DNA of 63,854 nucleotides, filler included, from Candidatus Methanoxibalbensis ujae (GTDB taxonomy: Archaea > Halobacteriota > Syntropharchaeia > Alkanophagales > Methanospirareceae): the NCBI GenBank assembly GCA_026134085.1. It is 3 parts of 3 records of this genome, joined end to end, with 100 filler letters (N's around TTAATTAATTAA, not from the genome) between each part and the next. Parts side by side here need not be neighbours in the genome. Positions count along the whole stretch, not along the records: positions 1 to 23,868 come from JAOQIN010000028.1; positions 23,969 to 46,562 come from JAOQIN010000029.1; 1 more part is not named here. One strand, given 5' to 3'. Below are positions 19,879-29,551 of this stretch, one piece after another. Position 1 is the stretch's first letter, and each line of letters opens with the position of its first letter. A program made the translations under genes and the position numbers. The notes under the pieces are model-generated. The model did no database searches, was not told the DNA's origin, and saw only the letters and a list, made by a program, of their open reading frames with translations.

Positions 19879-21102
19879 ATGAGTCAATATATCATTATCC
19901 CAGCCGCATTCACTGGAGGCGAGACCGGATGCGAGAACGCTTGCAGCGCAGCTGCATATGCTGATGAGCGTGCAAAGCATATGCCAGCACAACACACCAT
20001 ATTCATGCTTGGTGCGGTGGATGTCGGCAAGACACACATGACAACAAAACTTGCGAATGCTTTCTTCATGAGAGGTTTCAGGGTGGCTGTTGTGGATGCC
20101 GACATAGGGCAGAGCGACATAGGACCACCGTGCTGCGTCGGAGTTGGAATTCTTAGGAGGAGCGTGCGATTCCTGCATGAGGTTCCGCTGTGCTGTATTT
20201 TCTTTGTGGGAAGCACATCTCCCATGAACTGCATCCGTGAAAGTATATGCGGAACAGTATCAGGCGTCAAAAAGGCAAAAGAGCTCGGCGCCGATGTTAT
20301 TATTGTTGATTCAACAGGATGGGTGTCAGGAAAGCACGCTGTTGAATTCAAAATAAAGGAGATAATGCACACAAAGCCTTCTTTCATAGTTGCAATTGAG
20401 CGCGAAAATGAACTTCAACCGCTCATAGATTCGCTGCTCAACCACTTCCCGCATCGCCTCTGCAGCTCATCATCAAACGCCGAGGATGTTGTGGATGTCG
20501 TGCTGTCAGCATCGTTTTCGGCTGCGTCGCCTACTGTTTCATCGTCGCCTTCATTGTTGCCTTCATCGTCGCCTTCATCGTCGCTGAGCGACAGCTCATT
20601 ACCGCAGCGGCACGACATTGACATTGACATTGACATTGACATTGACGCCGGCGAGCGTGCCGGGCACATTTTGCGATTGAAAGCGTCTGAGAATGTGCGG
20701 AGAAAGGCCAGATGGTACAGGCGAAGGTTGAGGGAGATCGCATTCAACAGATATTTCAGAGATGCGCGAAATCGCCTTTTCCCAATCTCATCCTTTGAGA
20801 GAACACCATCTGAGGCCGACGAGGGCGTGATATGCGGTTTTTTCGCTGCTCCATCCGGGGCGGTAAAGGAAGCATCAGAAGTGGGAGCCGATCATGCGAC
20901 GGACTCAGCAGTAGGCGCAGCGGCCTATTGTGAAAAGGAGGCGATGGGCATTGGCGTTCTGCGGAGGGTTGACAGGAGGAGCGGTGTTGCAGTCGTGCTG
21001 ACGCCCGTAAGGGAGGATGAGGTTGTGATAAGGCTGGGCAGAACACGATTGTGGCGTGTCAAAGGAAGACTCAGAGAGTTTAAGTTGGCGTGTTCAGGAT
21101 GA
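19879..21102 (+). CDS. Clp1/Grc3-like polynucleotide 5'-kinase
   Basis: P-loop GAVDVGKT, DADIGQSDIGPP, VDSTGW, RR.LRE..F.RYF; Ser-rich and (DI)n insertion. Confidence 0.85.
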   Translation: MSQYIIIPAAFTGGETGCENACSAAAYADERAKHMPAQHTIFMLGAVDVGKTHMTTKLANAFFMRGFRVAVVDADIGQSDIGPPCCVGVGILRRSVRFLHEVPLCCIFFVGSTSPMNCIRESICGTVSGVKKAKELGADVIIVDSTGWVSGKHAVEFKIKEIMHTKPSFIVAIERENELQPLIDSLLNHFPHRLCSSSSNAEDVVDVVLSASFSAASPTVSSSPSLLPSSSPSSSLSDSSLPQRHDIDIDIDIDIDAGERAGHILRLKASENVRRKARWYRRRLREIAFNRYFRDARNRLFPISSFERTPSEADEGVICGFFAAPSGAVKEASEVGADHATDSAVGAAAYCEKEAMGIGVLRRVDRRSGVAVVLTPVREDEVVIRLGRTRLWRVKGRLREFKLACSG

Positions 21103-22137
21103 TGCTGCGGAGTGCCGGATCACCTCCACCTCCGCGCCTCTGTTGTTGGTGTTGGAGATTTTTACAGATGCCCGCACGCCAAGTTCATAAAGGAATTCAC
21201 GGGTGTCAGCAGCAAGCTCCTTTGCCATATTTTCACGTTCAACAACCGCATATGTCGTTGGTCCGAATGATGACATTCCGTAACCGAGCGCAGCATCGTT
21301 TTTCTCAAAAAATGAGAAAAGCTTTCTCACCACCTCATGTTGGATCTCCACCTCAATCCGCTTGAATCCCACATGTTGAAGCATTGTGAGGCCTGATGCG
21401 AATGTCTCAATGTCCTTCTCAACGATAGCGGGAAGTATGCGCATGAGGACAATCCTGCATATCTCGCCGACATCCTCGCCCCGTATTGGGCAATACCTGC
21501 GAAATATCTCAACCTCACGCGCTCCGTGCGCACCTTCACCCACAAAGGGAGTTACAACAACAAAAAACCAGTCATCAGGCAGCGGATGCTGGAACAGAAC
21601 GGGCGGTGGCGACACATTTGATGCAGACGAAGGAAGAAAATCTGTTTTAACATCAGACGCAGATTCAACATCAGACGCAGATAATTCCCCATCGGCGCAT
21701 CGGCTGCGGAAACGATGACCTGCATCAAGTATGAATCCACCTCCTTCAAACGCAGCAACGCCTATTCCCGATGTTCCCCCTCTTCCCACTATTCTCGCGA
21801 GATCCCTCGTGCTTATGTCCAGGTGTTCAAGCGTGGAAATCCCCTTCGCAATGCTCAGTGCAAGCTGCGTCTTTGAACCCAAGCCCACATGAGACGGCAG
21901 ATCCCTTATGACACGAACCTCATATGCGGATTTCAAACCCAATTTCTCCTTAACGCGCTCAACTAAATCACCATAGTCCTGCGGCGATGATACAGCGACG
22001 GATGAGACCTCAATCACCAAGTGCGGCTCTTCCAGTGCAACGCCAATACCTCCATCCACCCTTCCAAGTTCACCATTCAGATCTATAAGTGAGAAATGCA
22101 GCCTGCTCGGCGCCTTCACACGCACTACCTCTCGCAT
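21094..22137 (-). CDS. mptG: beta-ribofuranosylaminobenzene 5'-phosphate synthase (methanopterin biosynthesis)
   Basis: PSRLHFSLIDL, HVGLGSKTQL, RGGTSGIG, GGFILDAGH, GMSSFGP; start placed at MREVV. Confidence 0.9.
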   Translation of the reverse strand: MREVVRVKAPSRLHFSLIDLNGELGRVDGGIGVALEEPHLVIEVSSVAVSSPQDYGDLVERVKEKLGLKSAYEVRVIRDLPSHVGLGSKTQLALSIAKGISTLEHLDISTRDLARIVGRGGTSGIGVAAFEGGGFILDAGHRFRSRCADGELSASDVESASDVKTDFLPSSASNVSPPPVLFQHPLPDDWFFVVVTPFVGEGAHGAREVEIFRRYCPIRGEDVGEICRIVLMRILPAIVEKDIETFASGLTMLQHVGFKRIEVEIQHEVVRKLFSFFEKNDAALGYGMSSFGPTTYAVVERENMAKELAADTREFLYELGVRASVKISNTNNRGAEVEVIRHSAASS

Positions 22138-22340
22138 TTCCTTTACCTCCTTCAACAACGGTGATAAGAAAAGGTGATAAGTGTGATAAGACAACCCGCC
22201 AAGAGGCGGAGCGGATTCTTCCGTCAGGTGGGAGATGAACTGAGCGGGAGAAATTGGGACAGATACAGAGCAACAGAAAAGATGACAGGTGATTTTGTAG
22301 ATGCACCTGTAGAAGCGCATGCACACACCGGGTGAGGATG

Positions 22341-22574
22341 TCACTTATTTTGCAGTTGGTGTTGGAGATGGGATGAGAGAACAACCGATAATGCGATGCC
22401 TGCTGCGAATCCTGCAAATGTGAGAAGTGTTGTAAGAGCGATAAATGAGATGTCCATGCGATCTGCAAGCAGATATCCCGTGTAAAATCCGATGAAAGAG
22501 AGCGAAGAAATTAAAAGCGCAAATGGGAAGGCATAAATATACACATTTCCGTGCAGTTTCCGCCTGCCGCTCAT
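22341..22574 (-). CDS. Small two-TM membrane protein, possibly AtpZ/ATPase gene1-like
   Basis: GFY.GYLLADR...FAGFAAG pattern; directly downstream of the proteolipid gene. Confidence 0.45.
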   Translation of the reverse strand: MSGRRKLHGNVYIYAFPFALLISSLSFIGFYTGYLLADRMDISFIALTTLLTFAGFAAGIALSVVLSSHLQHQLQNK

Positions 22575-22599
22575 TCATCATCAGATCTTCAGCAACAGA

Positions 22600-22920
22600 T
22601 CAGATCTTCAGCCACAGGAATATCGCGACCAGGAACCCGTATATCGCAATCGCTTCGGCGAGCGCAACGAATATCAGCACGCGACCGAACAACTCAGGCT
22701 TCTCAGCAGTTGCACCTGTTGCTGCCGGTCCCGTTGATGCGATCGCTATTCCGGCTCCTATCGCAGCACCAACGATTGAAATTGATGTGCCCAACGCTAT
22801 GAGACCTCTGTCCATAGCAGCCTCAGCGGCTCCCCCTTCTTCGGCGGCAAAAACTGAAGGAAATGCGAAGATTAATGCGACAGCAAAAACCGCAAGCATG
22901 ACAAAAAAAATCATCTTCAT
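22600..22920 (-). CDS. atpK: A-type ATP synthase proteolipid subunit c (K)
   Basis: GAGIAIASTG.AA.GA.AEKPELFG..LIFVALAEAIAIYG; hydrophobic N-terminal extension. Confidence 0.9.
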   Translation of the reverse strand: MKMIFFVMLAVFAVALIFAFPSVFAAEEGGAAEAAMDRGLIALGTSISIVGAAIGAGIAIASTGPAATGATAEKPELFGRVLIFVALAEAIAIYGFLVAIFLWLKI

Positions 22921-22994
22921 TGAAAAATCACCTCCATCACCTCCTTCCACTCTCTCTCACGCACCTCTATTTAAAGATTGCGGTTTTGAGCTGC

Positions 22995-23258
22995 CTACAG
23001 CAGCACATCCGCTATCCTGACTGCCGAGACTTTTCCGTTCTCATCAACATCAAACTGAATCAACACCCGGTCGCTCAGGCTCTTCTTGGGATTGAAATCA
23101 TTTCCGCATGTTCCACACTCAACATCTGATCCGAGCGTGATGACATACCAGCTCGCATCCGCATATAAAGCTCCGCAGTGCGGACATACGCTCACCGACA
23201 CATCAAGATATGCTTTCCTGTTCCCTCTCATCTCTCTCACAACCACGCGCTGTTTCAC
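22995..23258 (-). CDS. Small zinc-ribbon protein
   Basis: CPHC...CGTC; co-oriented upstream of atpK. Confidence 0.6.
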   Translation of the reverse strand: MKQRVVVREMRGNRKAYLDVSVSVCPHCGALYADASWYVITLGSDVECGTCGNDFNPKKSLSDRVLIQFDVDENGKVSAVRIADVLL

Positions 23259-23284
23259 TCTCTCACACAGCTAAAGGATGGGAT

Positions 23285-23480
23285 GAATTTAATGTTGCTG
23301 CCATTCCTGCCTTTTGGTAGAGCGGGAGAGGTGGGTGGATAATATATGGTGACCATATCCGAGACGGTGAAGCAAGAGCACTGGATGAGTGCAGCGGGCT
23401 GCGTGTATTATACCAACACTTCGTATGGTGCACTACAGGAAGCCTGGTTGCGGAGTATCTGAGGAAGCCTCATGAGGATA
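23285..23480 (+). mobile_element. tnpA: IS200/IS605 left end plus frameshifted tnpA 5' fragment
   Basis: LE GTTGCTGCCATTCCTGCCTTTTGGTAGAGCGGGAGAGG; ATG 23346 MVTISETVKQEHWMSAAGCVYYTN / HFVWCT / YRKP across frameshifts (IS200 Y1 transposase N-terminus); right boundary approximate. Confidence 0.75.
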
Positions 23481-23868
23481 TTGCAATCTCATACTAAGTA
23501 TTGTTATAAACCCGGACCACGCTTTTCATCACGGCGCATTCAAAGTAGTCTAAGTGGTGACAGCAAAGTTCCTGTTTGAGACCTGAGCTGAAGGGAAATT
23601 GTGGGCATCTTTGGCTACTGCGGCATGGGGATGTCTCAGACAATTTATAAAGAGGCAGAATGTGAAAGCAATAACTCACAAGTTCAGGCTGTATCCTTCC
23701 GATAAGCAAAAAGAGAAGTTGCTGTTCATACTGGAGCAATGCAGGTGGCTCTATAGCTGCTTTCAATCATAAATGAGAGCAAGAAGACGCCTTCAAAACG
23801 CAAGGTGCAATCTATGCTTCCAAAGCTGAAAGATGAGCGAGAAAAACTGAAAGAAGTGAACGCAAAGA

Positions 23869-23968
23869 NNNNNNNNNNNNNNNNNNNNNNNNNNNNNNNN
23901 NNNNNNNNNNNNTTAATTAATTAANNNNNNNNNNNNNNNNNNNNNNNNNNNNNNNNNNNNNNNNNNNN
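23869..23968. other. Assembly gap with artificial linker
   Basis: 100 nt of N with central TTAATTAATTAA. Confidence 0.98.
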
Positions 23969-24390
23969 GTTTATAGTGATAAAGGGGATCTGAACAAAGC
24001 CCTCAAATATTTTCAGCAAGCATTGAAAATCGACAGAGATATAGGCCACAAACTGGGAGAAGCTAACCAATTAGGAAATATAGGTCTGGTTTATAGTGAT
24101 AAAGGGGATCTGAACAAAGCCCTCAAATATTTTCAGCAAGCATTGAAAATCGACAGAGATATAGGTTACAAACTGGGAGAAGCTTCAGCTTTAGGAAATA
24201 TAGGTCTGGTTTATAGTAAAAAAGGGGATCTGAACAAAGCCCTCAAATATTTTCAGCAAGCATTGAAGATCCACAGAGATATAGGTTACAAACTGGGAGA
24301 AGCTTCTGACTTAGGAAACATAGGTCTGGTTTATAGTGATAAAGGGGATCTGAACAAAGCCCTCAAATATCATCAGCAGGCATTGAAGAT
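23969..24390 (+). repeat. 120-bp near-identical tandem repeats (at least 3.5 units)
   Basis: GTTTATAGT(G/A)A(T/A)AAAGGGGATCTGAAC recurs at 23969, 24089, 24209, 24329. Confidence 0.95.
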
Positions 24391-24802
24391 TTTCATCGAG
24401 ATAAAAGCCCCAGGTTTAACAACACAGACTTTGGTCAATATAGCTACTATTTTCTTTGAACAAAATTCTGACAAAGAGGGGTTTGAATATTTGGGAAAAG
24501 CTGTATCTCTATCTCTATCAACATCGGTTGATGTGTTTAATAAGGCATTTTTTTCACTTCTCCAGGTCATCAAAAATATGATCTCCCGGAGGGATTGGGA
24601 GAGATTGGAGACTATTAGTTCCATTTATACTTCTGAAATTATTACGGAAAAAGAACTCACAGACTTTTTAAAAGCGATATATGAGTATGCTCTGTGGATG
24701 AAAACTTCCAAAGGCACTCACAAGAAAAGATTTGAAGAGATTAGGCAGAGGTTAAAACCATTTTTTAAGGACATTCTGAATGATCTCATAAAGAGGGTGT
24801 GA
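23969..24802 (+). CDS. Tetratricopeptide repeat protein, 5' truncated by the gap
   Basis: 40-aa repeats LGNIGLVYSDKGDLNKALKYFQQALKI; open frame from the gap edge. Confidence 0.88.
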   Translation, partial: VYSDKGDLNKALKYFQQALKIDRDIGHKLGEANQLGNIGLVYSDKGDLNKALKYFQQALKIDRDIGYKLGEASALGNIGLVYSKKGDLNKALKYFQQALKIHRDIGYKLGEASDLGNIGLVYSDKGDLNKALKYHQQALKIFIEIKAPGLTTQTLVNIATIFFEQNSDKEGFEYLGKAVSLSLSTSVDVFNKAFFSLLQVIKNMISRRDWERLETISSIYTSEIITEKELTDFLKAIYEYALWMKTSKGTHKKRFEEIRQRLKPFFKDILNDLIKRV

Positions 24803-24804
24803 AT

Positions 24805-25308
24805 ATGACAATTGATTTCCCATTGCTTACATAAGCTGCTCATGGAGAGGGGACTTAGATGATGAAAGAGCTGTTGTTGATGGTAAGGAAAGACCTTTTA
24901 ATGCATCCAGTTTATGGGAGGAGTTCTGAGTTGGACATAGTTTCAGATCACCTCATGCAGTGATTGCGATATAGTCATAGTTCTTCTTGGTTCCAAATAC
25001 AGTAAGCATGTAGAGAAAGAATTCATACATGCGCTTAATTATGAGATTCACACTTTTCTTTCAAAAGGAATGTGAACGCGAAAAAAGACTTCAAGATAAA
25101 ATTGAGTCCGTATATCGTTACACATCTATAACATTATTTAAAAATAAATCTGAATTAAAAAATTTAGTAAAAAAAAAGAATTATCAAGCTTATTGGAAGG
25201 AGATATAAGATGCAACTTCAGATCGAGAAAACGATTAAGCAAATGATTGGCTCTCAAATTATAGTTAACTATCCAAAAATTCCTGAGACAGACGGGCTCA
25301 GTTGGTAG
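24805..25308 (+). pseudogene. Frameshifted DUF4062-like gene
   Basis: Fragments LDDERAVV, CDIVIVLLGSKYSKHVEKEFIHALNYEI, ECEREKRLQDKI, KNKSELKNLVKK in shifting frames. Confidence 0.55.
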
Positions 25309-25352
25309 AAACGGAGGTGAAATGAATGTATATTTTCATTACCTGCAACGTC

Positions 25353-25434
25353 GCCTAACTGCGGACATATGGCTTCGCAACGCTTCTTCCAAATTTCCCT
25401 TCGGGAAACTTCGTATGTCCGCAGACCGTTATAC
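25353..25434 (+). mobile_element. Integron attC-like recombination site
   Basis: R'' GCCTAAC (25353-25359) and R' GTTATAC (25428-25434) enclosing inverted repeat TGCGGACATA/TATGTCCGCA and inner TTTCCC-TTCG-GGAAA; lies just after a gene stop. Confidence 0.7.
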
Positions 25435-26750
25435 GCCATCGGCTTTAGATGCCCTATCACGACGTGTCCGAATAAGCACAGAATAAAGATGAAAACATAA
25501 GAAGAAAATGATTGGTCAATTATCCACTTCTTTTTATGGTGACGGCGGATTTAGCAGACCTCTTTGAAAGGAACAAAGCACTATTGGAGATAAAACTTGC
25601 AGCAATATGTACATTTTCTTAAGCTTCAGTAGGACATCTATAATCCTGGAAAAGTGTTCATGGATGGAGAAATTCAAGAATAATCCTGATTATAATGGGA
25701 AAGAAATGGCAGAATTAGCTATAAATGAAACTATTTAAAGGAGGTTTTGGAGATGTGCGAAGTTGAAATAATCCCTGACGGAGGGCCATGGTACAGAGAT
25801 TCTCTAAATCGCTTAGGCATTAATTTCATACATGAAAGCTTTGGAGAAATGAGCTCAGTTGAATCTGCAGTTCAATCAAGCAGAGAGCAAAGATGTTCTT
25901 CTGCTCCATAACAGTTCAGAAGAAGAGGAAGGAAATTTGGACTTAGGTGGCGAAGAGCCTCAGAATGCCGGAATAACTTTTGCAAGATGTTCATCTTCCA
26001 CTACAACATTGCGAGAAGGCCTAATAAAACGTAAAGCTCAGTATCTTAAATTCATCTTTAAGTTTTCAGGGAAGAATACGTCCAGATGGTGGTTTTATAG
26101 CTCTCTGAAGAAGAATGCTGGAGGCTGGCTCAGTAAAGCTCAGTAAATAAAGTTGTCCAAAATGTGGTGTATTGGTAAGCCAGAGGGTCCTCCCCTGCTC
26201 TCCTCTTCCGCCCCTCTCTCTGTTCATTGCATTCATTGCGTTCATTGTGTTTTGATTGTGAGAGGGGGGCTTAGGTGCTGGGCTGGGGCGGGCTGGGCGG
26301 AGTGAAGAGATGAGGTCATGAGGTGGATTGATGCTACGTCAAATCATAATTCAGTCTCATTCTGGAACATGTCAAGCGAGGTATGTAGAGGGAACGAAAG
26401 GAGACAAAAGGCACCAAAGCCAGGTGAGGAGATAAAGCCAGGTGAGGCGAATACAGGAGGTCGGAGAAGAAGTGAGAAGCTGTCTGTCAGCAGAAATCCT
26501 GATTTGAAAGACCGCAGCGGAGCAGGATTGTTCTTTGCCTGAATGAAACAACGAGCAGCACTGAGAAGCATTTCTCCTCCCCAATCCCCTGTTCTTCCCT
26601 TTCTTTCTTCTTTTTGATTTTTGATTTTTGATTTTTGAGATTCTGTGTCGTTTCACCATTTTCGCCGGCGAGCGCTTTTCTCCAGGTATTGTTCTGTGCT
26701 CACGCCTGAGGAAATGCGTGAGGAGATAAGGCAGATGAGTGTGAAGCAAG

Positions 26751-26823
26751 CGCCGCCGACAGGACTCGAACCTGTGACTATCCGGTTAACAGCCGGACAC
26801 TCTACCAACTGAGTTACGGCGGC
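26751..26823 (-). tRNA. tRNA-Asn(GTT)
   Basis: GCCGCCG acceptor, D-arm CTCAGTTGGTAGAG, anticodon arm CCGG-CTGTTAA-CCGG, T-loop GTTCGAGTC. Confidence 0.97.
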
Positions 26824-27014
26824 TCATCTATGTTTTGTTTCTGTCATTTTATATATTCCTTGCCATGCAGTGCGCTGATGTTTTGATTCTGTTTGCAGAA
26901 CCCATGACCATCCGCCCGGACCTCCGCTCCAAGATCGCCCTGACAAGAACCATTCACAACCTCTCCCCATCTCATGAACAGTTAAAAGCTTCCTCTGCTT
27001 TTGTAAGGGATGAG

Positions 27015-28208
27015 ATGGATTTTGAACTGGGTGAGAGGGAGAAGGCATTTCAGAAGATAGCAGGGGAATTTGCGCGTGAAGAGGTCATTCCGCTTGCATC
27101 TGAGATAGACAGGATCGGGAAGATACCGCGAGGATTAATTGAGAAGGTTCTGGATATGCGCTTTCCCAGCATTCCGCTCCCTCGCAGATATGGCGGTGCT
27201 AGTGCGCCTATGATGAGTTTTGCTGTCACTGTGGAGGAGATTGCGAAAGTGAGTCCGAGCGTTTCCTTCTTCATCTGCGCTGCGCTCGGAGGAATGTTTC
27301 CGCTGCATTTCGCGGGTTCTGAAGAGCAGAAAGCCGCATTTTTGAAACCATTGTGCGAATGCCGCAAGATAGGCGCCTTCGCAATGACGGAGCCTCAGGC
27401 AGGCTCAGACCCCCTATCAATGCAGACAACCGCTGTGAAAGAAGGCAGTGAATATGTGTTAAACGGTGAAAAATCCTTTATAACAAATGCAGCGCTCGCT
27501 GACATTTATACGGTTATCGCATACACAGATAAGTCAAAAAGGCACAGAGGAATGAGCGCTTTTATCGTTGAAAAAGGGACGAAAGGAATGAAATTCACGA
27601 GAATGCTTGACCTTTTAGGTATGAGAGGGTGCATTGTAACAGGTATTCGCTTTGAAAACTGCGTAATTCCGGAAGAGAATCTCATAGGAAGCGAGGGAGA
27701 TGGCTTCAAAATAGCGATGGAGACTGTTAATGTGGAGCGAGTGGCGCTGAGCGGCGTTGGAGTGGGCATTGCACAGGCATGTCTTGAGATATCAAGGGAA
27801 TATGCGAAGAGAAGGGAGCAGTTCTCGCAGCCCATAGCGGAATTTGAGGCAATTCAGTTCATGCTTGCCGACATTGCCACCGAGACCGAGGCTGCTCGCC
27901 TTTTATCATACAGGGCTGCCTCGCTTGCTGATGAAGTTTTCGGATACACAGAGGCTGATGAAGAGGAGGCTGAACATGAGAGGAAGCGGCGTGCGTTCAG
28001 GAAATACGCCGCCATTTCAAAGCTGTTCTCCTCTGAAGTGGCGATGAACGCCGCATCACGTGCACTTCAAATACACGGCGGCCTGGGCTGCACGAAAGAA
28101 TGTATGGCAGAGCGCTTGTTCAGAGATGCACGGATATTGAGCATCGCTGTGGGAACATCGGAAATACAGCGAATATCAATCGCAAGAGATGTGCTCCGTC
28201 AGATGTGA
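27015..28208 (+). CDS. Acyl-CoA dehydrogenase
   Basis: GAFAMTEPQAGSD, LNGEKSFITNA, YAKRREQF.QPI, QIHGGLG, ERLFRDAR..I..GTSEIQR; start placed at MDFEL. Confidence 0.95.
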   Translation: MDFELGEREKAFQKIAGEFAREEVIPLASEIDRIGKIPRGLIEKVLDMRFPSIPLPRRYGGASAPMMSFAVTVEEIAKVSPSVSFFICAALGGMFPLHFAGSEEQKAAFLKPLCECRKIGAFAMTEPQAGSDPLSMQTTAVKEGSEYVLNGEKSFITNAALADIYTVIAYTDKSKRHRGMSAFIVEKGTKGMKFTRMLDLLGMRGCIVTGIRFENCVIPEENLIGSEGDGFKIAMETVNVERVALSGVGVGIAQACLEISREYAKRREQFSQPIAEFEAIQFMLADIATETEAARLLSYRAASLADEVFGYTEADEEEAEHERKRRAFRKYAAISKLFSSEVAMNAASRALQIHGGLGCTKECMAERLFRDARILSIAVGTSEIQRISIARDVLRQM

Positions 28209-28299
28209 TGCGTTCCAGGAAGATGGATGGGGAGAGAGGAGGAGAAAAGCGTGATCGTGCGAGTGTGTTGGGTTGTTGTGTTGAGATGAGGTGGTGATC

Positions 28300-29373
28300 A
28301 TGGCGAATGATGTTATGGAAGGAATATTGATGGAAGTAAAGCGTGAGACTGAGATTCCCGTTGATATGCGCAGCATTGAAAATGTGCTTGCCGCGGTTGC
28401 TGTGTCATCGGATTTCTGGGATATCGTGCGCATCAGTGAGGAGCCACTTCCACTTGTGTCATGCATTATTAAGGTGTTGCAGAGGCATGGCATGTTGAGA
28501 TGCGATGACATCATAACACTTGAGGAGCATGCTGATGTGCATGTGCATGAGAAGCGGGATTATGTGTGCAAGTGCTGTCATGGCAGGACAACAGATATCA
28601 CAGATACATATGAGAACATCCTGAAAGTGTTTCGTGAGATTGTGAAGAGGAGACCTGCACCGAGATACAATTTTGATCAGGGTCATGTAACGCCTGAAAC
28701 GACGATTGCGAGGGTTGTGCTCATGCATTCACGAGGCGATGTCGCATCAAAAAACATACTTGTTCTGGGTGATGATGACCTTGTGAGCGTGGCACTCGCG
28801 CTTTCTGGACTTCCAAAAAGGGTGTTCGTTATGGACATAGACGAGCGACTTATAAAGTTCATAAAATCAGCAAGCAGAGGAGTTGATGTGGATGTTGAAG
28901 CGACTGTATGCGACCTGAGGGATGAATTTCCTGATGATCTGAGGGGAAAATTTGACACATTCTCCACAGACCCTTCCGAGACACTCACGGCGCTGAGGGC
29001 GTTTATAGGTCGTGGCATCGCTGCACTGCGAAAATCAAGACGCTCCGCCGGGTATTTCGGGCTGACACGCGTTGAAAGCTCATTGTATAAGTGGTTCAAC
29101 TTGCAGAAAATGTTGCTGAATGATTTCAATGTTGTCATCACCGATATAATCAGAAATTTCAACGAGTATGAGTTGTGGAAATATGAGGACAAAACGGATG
29201 AGGATATCCGTAATGCAGCGAGGGAAAGCGGAACTGTGGTGACGAAACTGCCTGAAAAGCGCTGGTATTACTCATATCTCATACGAATAGAGACATTTGA
29301 GCATTCAACAGGATTCACAGAACGCATAAGCGAAACGGAATTCTATATGGATGCAGAAAGCTCTTTCATATGA
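28300..29373 (+). CDS. bpsA: Branched-chain polyamine synthase (N4-bis(aminopropyl)spermidine synthase)
   Basis: CKCCHG, RP.P...FDQG.VTPETTIARV, LGDDDL.S.AL, FDTF.TDP.ET, GYFGLTRVESS..KW..LQ. Confidence 0.9.
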   Translation: MANDVMEGILMEVKRETEIPVDMRSIENVLAAVAVSSDFWDIVRISEEPLPLVSCIIKVLQRHGMLRCDDIITLEEHADVHVHEKRDYVCKCCHGRTTDITDTYENILKVFREIVKRRPAPRYNFDQGHVTPETTIARVVLMHSRGDVASKNILVLGDDDLVSVALALSGLPKRVFVMDIDERLIKFIKSASRGVDVDVEATVCDLRDEFPDDLRGKFDTFSTDPSETLTALRAFIGRGIAALRKSRRSAGYFGLTRVESSLYKWFNLQKMLLNDFNVVITDIIRNFNEYELWKYEDKTDEDIRNAARESGTVVTKLPEKRWYYSYLIRIETFEHSTGFTERISETEFYMDAESSFI

Positions 29374-29438
29374 TATATGATGCGATATATGATGCATACA
29401 TGCATACATGAGGGATGCATAGGGAAAACAATAACGAG

Positions 29439-29512
29439 GGGGCTGTGGGGTAGCCAGGTCAGCCTCCCAGCTTGGGGTGCTGGTGACCCGAGTTCAAATC
29501 TCGGCAGCCCCA
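29439..29512 (+). tRNA. tRNA-Pro(GGG)
   Basis: GGGGCTG/CAGCCCC acceptor, anticodon arm CCAGC-TTGGGGT-GCTGG, T-loop GTTCAAATC. Confidence 0.96.
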
Positions 29513-29551
29513 TTATGGAGCGGGCGATGCGCACGGCGCGGCGGGGGGTTG

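Noticed and set aside
23480..23868. Possible second transposase fragment before the gap
   Set aside because: Stop-riddled with no motif I can assign confidently
23913..23924. TTAATTAATTAA inside N runs (also in the second gap)
   Set aside because: Artificial six-frame-stop contig linker
25297..25309. CTCAGTTGGTAGA matches the tRNA-Asn D-arm (possible att remnant)
   Set aside because: Only 13 nt, opposite orientation to the tRNA, and lies in the last codons of the DUF4062-like pseudogene
26180..26750. Short ORFs and a GC-rich hairpin beside tRNA-Asn
   Set aside because: Low-complexity sequence with no recognisable protein or RNA family
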